From Tetramitus jugosus (lineage: Eukaryota; Protista; Heterolobosea), in the NCBI GenBank assembly GCA_937625935.1, contig OW569351.1, forward strand, positions 62,001 to 126,000: a stretch of 64,000 nucleotides of DNA. The letters run 5' to 3'. The first letter of the stretch is position 1, and each line of letters starts with the position of its first letter. The translations under genes were made by a program, and so were the position numbers. The notes below the pieces were generated by a model. The model was not told the DNA's origin, searched no databases, and saw only the letters and a program-made list of their open reading frames with translations. This document shows, piece by piece, positions 1-9,741 of this stretch.

Positions 1-179
1 TTGGAGTTGGTGGAAGATCATGATCGGGGAGAACTCAGGAACAGTGGAAAGTTCCAAGTCGGTTTTTTCACAATCGGCCAAATCAAAAATCAAGTGACAC
101 AAACAAAACCGAATTTTCTCTCGAGAGAAAAACAAAACAACCACCACGACTAGTATTCGAACAAACACATACCACTCAC

Positions 180-1733
180 ATGAAACAACCCACTTCTCCA
201 CTCCTCATCAACACTCAAAACACCCATAAGGAATTCAACCACGATTCTCTTTCTCCGCTGTACAGCAAAAACAATACTCCGACCCGACATCTTTCTCCCG
301 ACAGCCTCTACAGTGTGAGCGAATGGTCCGTTGGTCAAGTCACACACTGGCTCAAGCAATGCGGATTCTCAAAGCACGTACAGAGCACGTTCGAATCGCA
401 TCGCATCGACGGACGCGTGCTCCTCTGTCTCAACGAACATGATTTGCGACAAGCTCCCCTGCGAATGAACATTCTAGGCGACTTGAAACGCATGTCCATT
501 GCGATACAACAATTGAGACGCAAATGGAAACAACAAATACAACAACATCAGTTAGCTACAACCAACAACAACAACAACAACAACAACAATGACGATGGAA
601 GTGGTGGAAACAACATGACTTTGGACAATGAAAATGATGATGACTCTGATAGCAATGATCGTAATGATGATTACAACAGTAAGCAAACAAAAACAAACAA
701 GTCATCCAAGAGTCATCACAGTCACAGTCGCAACAGAGACTCACTACAGTCATTGTTGCTACTAGGAGAAGACAATTCCATACCAGAGACATTGGGTCTC
801 TTGTGGGAGCATTATCTTCCGTCTTTGACGATACCGAGTCCAGAGATTGAACCCTGGTCCTCCATGTTATCCAAACTCTTTGTTTCCATTTGTTTCTTTT
901 TCATTTCTATTTTTGTCACGTCGTTGACCATGGTGTTTGTTCATGAGCGTGTGCCTGATCCGTTGACTTATCCTCCGTTGCCCGACATTATACTTGATAA
1001 TGTTCCGTTGATACCGTGGGCGTTTGTTGCGAGTGAAGTGCTTGCTGCTATTTTGTTTGTCATCATGTGTGGTGTCATGTTTGTTCACAAGCATCGAGGA
1101 GTGATATTGAGGAGGATGCTTGCAGTGATTGGAACAGTGTTTTTGTTGCGTTGTGTGACCATGTTTGTGACGAGTTTGAGTGTGCCTGGTGAGCACTTGG
1201 GTAGTGGTTGTAAGGCGTTGCCTCCATTGAATACGATTGATGAAAAGTTGCAGAGAGCTTGGTTGATTGCTTCGAGATTTGGTTTGTCGATCACTGGATT
1301 GAAAACATGTGGCGATTACATGTTTTCTGGGCATTCGAGCTGTTTGACTCTGTTGAATTTGTTTATTGTGGAATATACGCCAAGAAACTATCGAGGATTG
1401 CACATCATGTCATGGACAATGAATTTGTTTGGCATGGCGTTTGTGTTGGCCGCTCACGAGCATTATAGTCTTGATGTATTTCTGGCATTCTACATTTCTA
1501 GTCGTATGTTTGGTTACTATCATCAGCATGCCAACATTCAGCACGCGTTGGATGATCTGGACAAGGATCACAAGGATTCTTGGTTCATGTACATTCCTCT
1601 CTTCTCCTTTTTGGAAGAGAATATGAATGGAAAGCTACCAAACGAGTACGAGTGGCCATGGGCACCACTGCTCGACTCATTGAGGAGAAAGTTGCGCAGG
1701 AATAATCGAGATGAAAACAACAAACAGAAGTAA
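180..1733 (+). CDS. Sphingomyelin synthase-related protein (SAM domain + SMS/PAP2-like catalytic domain; SMSr/SAMD8-like)
   Basis: N-terminal SAM (WSVGQVTHWL...IDGRVLLCL...LGDLKR), PPLPD, CGDYMFSGH and HEHYSLDV SMS motifs, about 6 TM helices. Confidence 0.92.
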   Translation: MKQPTSPLLINTQNTHKEFNHDSLSPLYSKNNTPTRHLSPDSLYSVSEWSVGQVTHWLKQCGFSKHVQSTFESHRIDGRVLLCLNEHDLRQAPLRMNILGDLKRMSIAIQQLRRKWKQQIQQHQLATTNNNNNNNNNDDGSGGNNMTLDNENDDDSDSNDRNDDYNSKQTKTNKSSKSHHSHSRNRDSLQSLLLLGEDNSIPETLGLLWEHYLPSLTIPSPEIEPWSSMLSKLFVSICFFFISIFVTSLTMVFVHERVPDPLTYPPLPDIILDNVPLIPWAFVASEVLAAILFVIMCGVMFVHKHRGVILRRMLAVIGTVFLLRCVTMFVTSLSVPGEHLGSGCKALPPLNTIDEKLQRAWLIASRFGLSITGLKTCGDYMFSGHSSCLTLLNLFIVEYTPRNYRGLHIMSWTMNLFGMAFVLAAHEHYSLDVFLAFYISSRMFGYYHQHANIQHALDDLDKDHKDSWFMYIPLFSFLEENMNGKLPNEYEWPWAPLLDSLRRKLRRNNRDENNKQK

Positions 1734-1755
1734 ATGTGATAATTTAATTGTTTGT

Positions 1756-4287
1756 TTAGTATCCTCGAACTTCGATCAATTTCTTGGCTTGGTATTCTCT
1801 GCCCATTGCCTCATATCGATCAAATTGCATGACATAATGTCCCAATCCTCTCGTCATTGATCTCAAGTGTTTTGCATAACCAATCAATTCGCTCAATGGA
1901 ACTTCAGCGTGAATCACTTGTTCGTCGTGAGATCCTCTCATGACACTAATACCCTTCACTCTGCCTCTTCTGCCACCGCTAATATCAGACATGACACTGC
2001 CCAGATATTGAACATCGACCTGAATATCCATACTCATGATTGGCTCCAACAGCGCCACCTTATTCGACTCCATGCAAGTTGCAAAGACTTCTCTTAGACA
2101 CTTCTCAGCCACAATCTTCATCGTGTTGTTGTTCTGTTGATTAAATCGCTTGTGAGAGAAATGTGGAGGCAATGAAGCACCAACAAATCGAACGTGCAAA
2201 TCTTCCATATTATATCCCAAGATTACACCTCTCATGATTGCATTGTTCACTCCTTCTCTGACACCATCCTTCAATGGGAAGATGGCATCGATCACTGGCT
2301 CACATTGACCCGCGTCCAGTCCCATTTGGAAGTAGTTGCCTCTGCCACGGTCATTTTCAGACACTTGTAGCGTAAGTTTGTACACTTCTCCCTTACTCTT
2401 CTCATACTCTGTCGTGTGTATGATTGGCCTGTCAAGAGACAGTGTTTCCTTGTATGAAATCATAACAGGACCAGTGTAGAATGGAACCTTGAAATCTTTT
2501 TCTAGTCGATCCTTGATAATCTCCAAGTGCAGCTCTCCCATACCACTAATCAAAGTCTGAGTAGTCTCAGGATCAACACTCACAACAAAACTAGGATCTT
2601 CTCTCTGCAGATCCTCTAGTGCCTTATCCAACATGTATTGCATGGCACTGCTCTCAGGTTCGATAGAACAGAAGAACACTGGCTGAGGAATGTTAATCTT
2701 TTCGAGCTCATATGGATTGAGCTTATCCTTTGATCCGAGCAATGTATCTCCTGTTCTCGTGTTTTTCATTCCCGCGATCACACCAATATTACCTGCAGAG
2801 ATACAAGGAATATCCTGGGGAATGTTGGCATGCATCTGGAAAATCTTTGTTGGTGTTTCAATGTTGCCCGTTGCAGCATTGAACAACTCAGTCTTCAGAT
2901 TGATCTCTCCAGAGTACACTCGAACAAACACAAGGGGTCCCAAGTGAGCATCGTTCAACACCTTGAATGCCAAAGCGCACAATGGACCATTGGTGTCATG
3001 AGCAATCCTGAATTTTCTAAAGTCCTCTTCCTCTTCTTCCTTTCTCTTCATGGTTGCCAGTGGTTGTTCTCTCTCTGATGGACTGGGCAAATAGTCAACT
3101 ACAGCGTCCATCAACGGCTGCACTCCCATGTTTCTCAAGGAAGTTCCACACAGGACAGCCACAGCCTTTCCACTCAGTGTAATTCTTCGAATGGCAGCCT
3201 TGATTTGATCAATGGACAACTCATCTTCACCCATCTCCAAATACAAGTCACCAAACTGTTCATCAAACTCTGCTAGCTGTTCGAGCATAAGTGATCTTGC
3301 CTCTGAGACCCCATCCATGTCTTCTGACGCCAAATGATTTGAGTCCATTGACAGTGCCACTCTGTTCACTGTTCTTCCTCTGTCATTCTGATCAAAAGTA
3401 ATGATTTCCATGGCAACCAAATCGACCACAGCTCTAAATCCATCTTCCTCACCAATGGGATACTGTATCGCGATCGGTTCAATGTCCAGCTTGTCTCTAA
3501 TGGTTTGGACAGCAGCGGAAAAATCTGCGCCAATCTTGTCCATTTTATTCATGAAGCAAATACGGGGAACACCGTATCGCTTGGCTTGTCGCCACACAGT
3601 CTTTGTTTGAGCTTCGACTCCAGTCACGGCATCAAACACGGCGACTGCACCATCCAACACACGAACACATCTCTCTACTTCAACAGTAAAGTCAACATGC
3701 CCTGGTGTGTCAATGAGATTGATCTTGTTGTCTTTCCATGGGAATGTGATGGCAGCAGACGTAATGGTAATGCCTCTGTCTTGTTCCTGGGGCATATAAT
3801 CCGTGATTGTATCACCATCGTCCACTGTTCCCAAATATTCAGAGTAACCAGAATAAAAGAGCATACGCTCAGTCGTAGTTGTCTTTCCCGCGTCAATGTG
3901 AGCTATAATTCCGACATTTCGGATTTTTTGGTCCATGGCGGGAACTTTAATCTCCGCTGTTTTTTGTTGAGTTTTTTGGCGGACTTCTTTGGCGCGAACA
4001 GAAACTCGTTGTTTGAGGTCCTTGGAAGCAGCGGAGGCATATGTTCTGAGTGCAATGACATTTCTTTGTTGTTGCTGTCTGCAGTGACGAAGATTGACCC
4101 TCACTTTTGGTGTCAATGGATGGTTGTTGTTATTGTTGTTGTTGATGTTGACGAGAGAGTGAAAATTGTTCGTGCTTTGATGGTTGTGGAGAATCATTGG
4201 ATGAGCACATGTTTGATGGGTGCAATGACGTTGTGAGTGTGCTGCCTTGTTGCGAGCATTCCTCAGCAGCGAACCAACGTTTCTCAT
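1756..4287 (-). CDS. GFM2: Mitochondrial elongation factor G2 / ribosome-releasing factor 2
   Basis: [34 protein letters not shown]. Arg-rich presequence from ATG 4287. Domain IV lacks the EF-G1 QSGG and HxxDS loops, favouring EF-G2. Confidence 0.85.
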   Translation of the reverse strand: MRNVGSLLRNARNKAAHSQRHCTHQTCAHPMILHNHQSTNNFHSLVNINNNNNNNHPLTPKVRVNLRHCRQQQQRNVIALRTYASAASKDLKQRVSVRAKEVRQKTQQKTAEIKVPAMDQKIRNVGIIAHIDAGKTTTTERMLFYSGYSEYLGTVDDGDTITDYMPQEQDRGITITSAAITFPWKDNKINLIDTPGHVDFTVEVERCVRVLDGAVAVFDAVTGVEAQTKTVWRQAKRYGVPRICFMNKMDKIGADFSAAVQTIRDKLDIEPIAIQYPIGEEDGFRAVVDLVAMEIITFDQNDRGRTVNRVALSMDSNHLASEDMDGVSEARSLMLEQLAEFDEQFGDLYLEMGEDELSIDQIKAAIRRITLSGKAVAVLCGTSLRNMGVQPLMDAVVDYLPSPSEREQPLATMKRKEEEEEDFRKFRIAHDTNGPLCALAFKVLNDAHLGPLVFVRVYSGEINLKTELFNAATGNIETPTKIFQMHANIPQDIPCISAGNIGVIAGMKNTRTGDTLLGSKDKLNPYELEKINIPQPVFFCSIEPESSAMQYMLDKALEDLQREDPSFVVSVDPETTQTLISGMGELHLEIIKDRLEKDFKVPFYTGPVMISYKETLSLDRPIIHTTEYEKSKGEVYKLTLQVSENDRGRGNYFQMGLDAGQCEPVIDAIFPLKDGVREGVNNAIMRGVILGYNMEDLHVRFVGASLPPHFSHKRFNQQNNNTMKIVAEKCLREVFATCMESNKVALLEPIMSMDIQVDVQYLGSVMSDISGGRRGRVKGISVMRGSHDEQVIHAEVPLSELIGYAKHLRSMTRGLGHYVMQFDRYEAMGREYQAKKLIEVRGY

Positions 4288-4396
4288 TTCTTTGGTTGCT
4301 TTTCTTTGTTTTTCAGTTTCAGTTTTTTTTCGTGTGAACAAAATTTTTTATGGGCAATTGTCCGTCGAATCCAGATCGGGAGCGGAGCAACTACGA

Positions 4397-5415
4397 TTAG
4401 AGGATCCATTGTATGAAGGTCAGGATAACAAAGCCATACAGTAAAATACTCAATAGACTCATCGACTTTGATTTTTCTTCTTCTTCTTTGGGATACTCCT
4501 CAATGACTCGTGGTGCTACAATGCCAGGCTTGTATTGAGCAACACGGACAATGGCCTCCTTGCTCTCAGCCAACAAAGCAATCGCCTCACCAAAGTGGAT
4601 ACCTTTGACTCCCTCGGGCTTTAATATTTGTGCCAAATAACCAGATTCTTCAACTCGCAACTCGATAATGGCCTTATCTGTTTCAACATCGCACAAAACA
4701 TCTCCGACCTTAACCTGATCACCAGGTTTGACTCTCCATTTTGAAATACTACCATCGGTCATTGTTGGTGATAGAGTAGGCATTTTAATTTCAGAGATAC
4801 CTTCTGGAGTGAAACCTTCAGATTGTGTGGTAGAAGCAGGAGCAGATACGTTAGCAGCAGAAGCAAGAGATTCGACAGTCATATCCGCTGCCTTTGGAAT
4901 ATCTTCCCTTTTATCTGCTACAATTGCAATGGTTTCCCCAATCAAAACGTTGTTGGAGTTCTCTGGCTTCAAAATCTTGGCAACGTATCCCTCTTCTGGA
5001 GATTCATACTCCAACCTTGCCTTATCGGTGTCAATCTCACACACAACAACCCGAGACCAACCCAATCACCTTTTCTCACTCTCCAGCGCACAATGTTTCC
5101 CTTGTCCATGGTCGGAGACAAAGCTGGCATTTTCATCTCAGAAACTATCGTGATCCAGACAGGTAAAAACAATTAAAGACAGAAGGGTAAGTTCATCACG
5201 AAAAAACCAACACATATGAAAGATGAAGAGATACGAACGTCCACTTGGCAATGATGTGCTATAACATCGAACAATCAATTGTTATTCGAGACTTGCTTTG
5301 TCATTGCAGGGATGACACAAAATGCATGTTTTTGGTGATTGATTGGGCAAGGGATGGTTGATGTATTGGCACGGATTAACACTCGTGGGGCTTGTATGCG
5401 TACTTGTCTGAACAT
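4397..5415 (-). pseudogene. Tandem lipoyl-domain protein with C-terminal TM helix; reading frame broken twice (pseudogene or sequence error)
   Basis: Two MPxLSPTM...(E/D)xxTDKA lipoyl domains. Intron 5145-5238 (GTTCGT...TAG) gives SLPSGLSEMKMP, matching repeat 2 (PEGISEIKMP). One base must be added near 5281 and near 5050-5052 to give a 308-aa ORF. Confidence 0.7.
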
Positions 5416-5485
5416 TTTGTTTTTTGTCAGGCAATGAACTTCCAAGGCTCAGAACTAGTTCTTTCTCCGCCGTGAGAGCTAAGGG

Positions 5486-6817
5486 TTAATCTTCCTCGTT
5501 ACTTTGAGTCCGGGTATCATTCAAGTTACTTGCATGACTCAGTATCATAGATAGTGCAACTGCATTGTCAACCACTGATTTCTCGTGATCCTTCAGACGC
5601 TGTGTTGTCTTGGGTACCTCTTCATCGTCGAATGGATCAAACACAATAGATTCGTCTTCACTGACACCACAAAGAGCCTCAATAGTTTTTAGACCGCACA
5701 ATGGCACCACTACAGGCGAATAACCACCTTCGTGCAGAAAACATAGCCGGCCATCGCAGCATTCATCTGCAATCCCCATTAATTTATCGGTCATGTAACG
5801 GAATGTGGAAGACACGAGTTGCATTCTACCCAATGGATCCAGAATGGCAGCATCAAAACCAGATGACACCAATATGAAATCAGGTTCAAATGCGCGCAAA
5901 GCAGGACAAACACACTGCTCCATTGCATATTGATACGCGCCTATTCCACTACCAGGTGGCAACGGAATATTAATATTGAATCCCTCTCCCGAGCCTTCGC
6001 CTATCTCATCAATGAATCCACTCTGTTTTGGAAAATGATCCTCCTCGTGTATGCTGATATAGAGAACTGATGGATCTTCATAAAATGCTTGCTGTGTCCC
6101 ATTACCATGATGCACATCGAAATCAAAGATACCAATCCTCTTTAATCCATACTTTTGCTTCAAGTGCATCGCTGTCAACACAATATTATTGAGCATGCAA
6201 TACCCGCGTCCCATATCTCTCTCCGCATGGTGCCCAGGCGGCCTCACAAGTGCATAGCCATTCTTAATGTTGTTCGATTTGTCCATGATTGTATCTACAC
6301 ATGTGACACATGCCCCTACAGCATACCTAGCAATCTCAAAAGAACCGGGACCAAAGGGAACGGATTCACCTGCATCTCCACCATGTTTCTCACTCTGTTC
6401 TTTGATCCTTTGCAAATAATCAACGCTATGAAATTTTGTCAATAAATCCATGGGTGCTGGTTCAATCTCATGTGGAGGTATGCGATATAGATGCGTGTGC
6501 AACAGATTGGTCACTTCCAGCAAATTGTGGAGTCGGCGTTTTGTCTCTGAATTCTCAAAACTCTTGTCCGGTTCCATAAAGATAAACTTGTTGGTCTGTT
6601 TTGGAGATGCACCATTGGATTGCTGTTGTTGCTGTTGTTGTTTGGATGGTCCAACAGGTGTGGGAGCCTTTCGTATACCTGGATGCCAATAACCACTGGA
6701 CTGAGATGATGTATCGTGCCACATGAACATCTCCATGAATGCATACACTGTTTGTCTCTGTTCAGGTGGTATGATGACTATCCGTGCGTTCTCATTGCTG
6801 TTTTGTGTGTCGTGCAT
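5486..6817 (-). CDS. Zn-dependent class II histone deacetylase-like amidohydrolase (bacterial HDAH type)
   Basis: RPPGHH, DFDVHHGNGT, GFDAxxxDPLGRM, EGGY; N-terminal WHDT...ENSETKRR typical of HDAH/PA3774-like enzymes. Confidence 0.9.
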   Translation of the reverse strand: MHDTQNSNENARIVIIPPEQRQTVYAFMEMFMWHDTSSQSSGYWHPGIRKAPTPVGPSKQQQQQQQSNGASPKQTNKFIFMEPDKSFENSETKRRLHNLLEVTNLLHTHLYRIPPHEIEPAPMDLLTKFHSVDYLQRIKEQSEKHGGDAGESVPFGPGSFEIARYAVGACVTCVDTIMDKSNNIKNGYALVRPPGHHAERDMGRGYCMLNNIVLTAMHLKQKYGLKRIGIFDFDVHHGNGTQQAFYEDPSVLYISIHEEDHFPKQSGFIDEIGEGSGEGFNINIPLPPGSGIGAYQYAMEQCVCPALRAFEPDFILVSSGFDAAILDPLGRMQLVSSTFRYMTDKLMGIADECCDGRLCFLHEGGYSPVVVPLCGLKTIEALCGVSEDESIVFDPFDDEEVPKTTQRLKDHEKSVVDNAVALSMILSHASNLNDTRTQSNEED

Positions 6818-7378
6818 TTTGTGTTTGTTGTTTTGTGTGAACGGAAAAATGTGAAAGATAACAGCGCTAAGTGAGGAGGAATAATCAAATACGATTGCTT
6901 GTGAAGAAGAGAAAGACAAAATGCGACACGAGTCAATAGATGATGGACCATCAATTGATCAGTGAAATGAAGTATGCAAGAAGATGAATGTTTGGTCTCA
7001 ATATCCTCTGACACAATCATAAAAGAGTGAATACCCAAAAGCAACTTCAAGCATCACTCGTCTTTTGTGAAAATAGTCATAAGATAATCACGCAAAAAAG
7101 AAAAACTCGCTTGTACAAAAGGTAGTGGACATTTAGGCCCCTCACATGATTATTATTGGGTTTTTTTTTTTTGATGATTGTTGTTATTGATTGTCGTAGT
7201 AAAAGTGTTGGAAAATAAGATTAATGTCTTCCGTGCTCAATCAGCTCCAATTTGTCAAAAATACTCACTGCATCAAATGGATGAATGAATATCCTTTGGC
7301 GTGCTCTAAAGCTCTGAACATTATAGATATAGTATTATGATATTGTTGTCGTCGTCGTTTTGTTGTTGTTGACATTGA

Positions 7379-7720
7379 TTATTGTTTTTGTGACTTTGTG
7401 TCTTGAGCCAACTTGTTGTAATCATTCAAAAAGTCCTGATATTGATTTCTGCCCACGTGTTGTGACATTGGAATGGTGTGAGGTGCGGTGTTGTTGAGAG
7501 AAGCAATGACAGAAGGCTTTTCTGACAATAGATCCCATTCCTGCTTTCTTTGAACGGCGCGTTGAGATTCTTCCATCAATCTGATTCTTCTCATTTCGTG
7601 AATGCGAGCAGACTTCTCCATTCTATCATCAATGAATTGTGCAATGTCATTTCTGAAAAATATTCCGAATCCAAGAATTGAGGAATAGAGAGTCAAGACT
7701 GAAATTTTCAAAGGTGTCAT
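7379..7720 (-). CDS. Small hypothetical protein, one N-terminal hydrophobic helix
   Basis: 113-aa ATG-initiated ORF with A/C-rich leader, divergent from RPL4; no family recognised. Confidence 0.6.
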   Translation of the reverse strand: MTPLKISVLTLYSSILGFGIFFRNDIAQFIDDRMEKSARIHEMRRIRLMEESQRAVQRKQEWDLLSEKPSVIASLNNTAPHTIPMSQHVGRNQYQDFLNDYNKLAQDTKSQKQ

Positions 7721-7967
7721 GATGAATGTTGTTTGTCGTCGACGTTGTTTTTTTTTCTTGTCGGTGAGTTAGCTTGATTGATTGCCCGATAACAATTGCA
7801 GCAAGAGGATGATTGTTTGCGTCGGAAATAATTGTGAAGCTTCAATGACTTTGGTTACAACCCGGTCAACCAGAGTCAACCTTGAAATCAACAAAAATTG
7901 TGAAATGCCGCAAAGGTAACACACAAAAAAACAAACTCACATCCAATCTTAGTCATAAATTAGTAAA

Positions 7968-9041
7968 ATGGCCCTCCAAAGACCTTTGGTTTCCGTCTTC
8001 AATAGCGAAAAGATCAATGAAGAGAAGACTCAAATCGCTCTTCCAGACGTTTTCAACGCTCCAATCAGAGTTGATGTTGTCAACACCATGCACAACATGT
8101 TGAGATTGAACAACAGACACCCATTCGGTGTTAACAGATTCGCTGGTCACCAAACCTCTGCTGAATCTTGGGGTACTGGTAGAGCTGTCTCCAGAATTCC
8201 TCGTGTTTCTGGTGGTGGTACACACAGAGCTGGTCAAGCTGCTTTCGGTAACATGTGCAGAGGCGGTAGAATGTTCTCCCCAATCAAGGTCTGGAGAAGA
8301 TGGGCTCACGTTGTCAAGAAGAACGAAAGAAGACACGCAACTGCTTCCGCTATTGCTGCTTCCTCCATCCCAGCTTTGGTTATGGCAAGAGGTCACAAGG
8401 TTGACAGAGTTAACCAAGTTCCTTTGGTTGTCTCCGACGATATCCAAGCTTACACCAAGACTAAGCAAGCTGTTGCTTTCTTGAAGAGAGCTAACGCTTG
8501 GGAAGATGTCTTGAGAGTCCAAAAGACCAAGAAGGTTAGAGCAGGTAAGGGTAAGCACAGAGGCCGTCAATACAAGTTGAGAAAGGGACCTTTGGTCGTT
8601 GTAAAGAGCAACGCTGGTGTCTCCAAGGCTTTCAGAAACATCCAAGGTGTTGATGTCATCAATGTTGACAGATTGTCCCTTTTGGAATTGGCTCCTGGTG
8701 GTCATGTTGGTAGATTCATCATCTGGACTGAATCCGCTTTCTCTGCTTTGAACGAGAGATTCGGATCTTATGACAACTCTGTCAAGTCCAAGTACACTGT
8801 CAAGAGCGGTGCTGCTTACCAATTGCCAAGATCTGTCATGGTCAACACTGATGTTGAAAGAATCATTGACTCTGAAGCTATCTCCAAGGTTGCTAGAATT
8901 GCCAAGAAGGAGAATGCTAGAAAGTTGAAGAAGAGAAATCCATTGAAGCACTTCTCCACTTTGGTTGCTTTGAACCCATACGCTGTCAAGAGCTCCAGAT
9001 TGGCTTTGTTGAGAGCAAGAAGAACTGCCAAGAAGAACTAA
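7968..9041 (+). CDS. RPL4: 60S ribosomal protein L4 (uL4)
   Basis: AGHQTSAESWGTGRAVSRIPRV, GNMCRGGRMF, LAPGGHVGRF; strong codon bias. Confidence 0.99.
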   Translation: MALQRPLVSVFNSEKINEEKTQIALPDVFNAPIRVDVVNTMHNMLRLNNRHPFGVNRFAGHQTSAESWGTGRAVSRIPRVSGGGTHRAGQAAFGNMCRGGRMFSPIKVWRRWAHVVKKNERRHATASAIAASSIPALVMARGHKVDRVNQVPLVVSDDIQAYTKTKQAVAFLKRANAWEDVLRVQKTKKVRAGKGKHRGRQYKLRKGPLVVVKSNAGVSKAFRNIQGVDVINVDRLSLLELAPGGHVGRFIIWTESAFSALNERFGSYDNSVKSKYTVKSGAAYQLPRSVMVNTDVERIIDSEAISKVARIAKKENARKLKKRNPLKHFSTLVALNPYAVKSSRLALLRARRTAKKN

Positions 9042-9103
9042 ATTTTATAAAGCAGTCTTTTACTTTATTTATGACTACACTTTTCTTTTGGATAACAAAC
9101 AAA

Positions 9104-9721
9104 ATGAGCAAAAACAAATATCTCCTGCAAGCACCAACAAGCATCACCTGCCACCACAATCACCATATTCATCAGCCGCAATCACACAATGCCGATTCCT
9201 ATTCCCTCGAATACAGCATCCATTCTTGTCCTTTGTTGCTCAGAGATGACATGTCACAAATGTTTGAACACTTGTCTCCCAGTGAAATCAAGTCAAAGTT
9301 ACTCATCGTGCCAATCATACAAGTGTCTGATGTTCCATTGTATGATTTGAACGAGGAATCGAGAGCTGCTTTTCGATCAGATTTTGTCTCGTTTGCCCGG
9401 CAGGTGGTGAACAAGATCAAAATGAGACAATCATCAGATGACACTCCACAACAAATGTGGACAGACTTTGTTGATCCTGCATCTGGTCAACCGGTGTTTT
9501 CAAAGACATGCAAGGTGAGCAACTATGACGACGCAAATTTATTTGAGTTGGTGTTAAAGTACTCGACTGAAACGACAAGAGATTCCACTTCAATCGTCTA
9601 TCATCCTGCCCATGGTGTTAATGTGTTCCCTGGAGTCATTTTTACAACAGCACCTGTTAGTGTGCTACAGCAGGTCATTGATGAGATTGCTTCCATTCGG
9701 CCGTGCAATTGTCACTTGTAA
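9104..9721 (+). CDS. Cobalamin trafficking protein CblD/MMADHC-like
   Basis: EYSIHSCP, WTDFVDPASGQP, HPAHGVNVFPGVIFTTAP resemble the MMADHC C-terminal domain. Confidence 0.75.
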   Translation: MSKNKYLLQAPTSITCHHNHHIHQPQSHNADSYSLEYSIHSCPLLLRDDMSQMFEHLSPSEIKSKLLIVPIIQVSDVPLYDLNEESRAAFRSDFVSFARQVVNKIKMRQSSDDTPQQMWTDFVDPASGQPVFSKTCKVSNYDDANLFELVLKYSTETTRDSTSIVYHPAHGVNVFPGVIFTTAPVSVLQQVIDEIASIRPCNCHL

Positions 9722-9741
9722 ATTGTTTCAACTTGAGTTGC

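Noticed and set aside
6920-7330. Possible small gene or C/D snoRNAs between HDAH and the 113-aa ORF
   Set aside because: Only short interrupted frames and imperfect boxes; no coherent model
7953-8951. 332-aa antisense ORF over RPL4
   Set aside because: Expected shadow of strong codon bias; no motifs; not an independent gene
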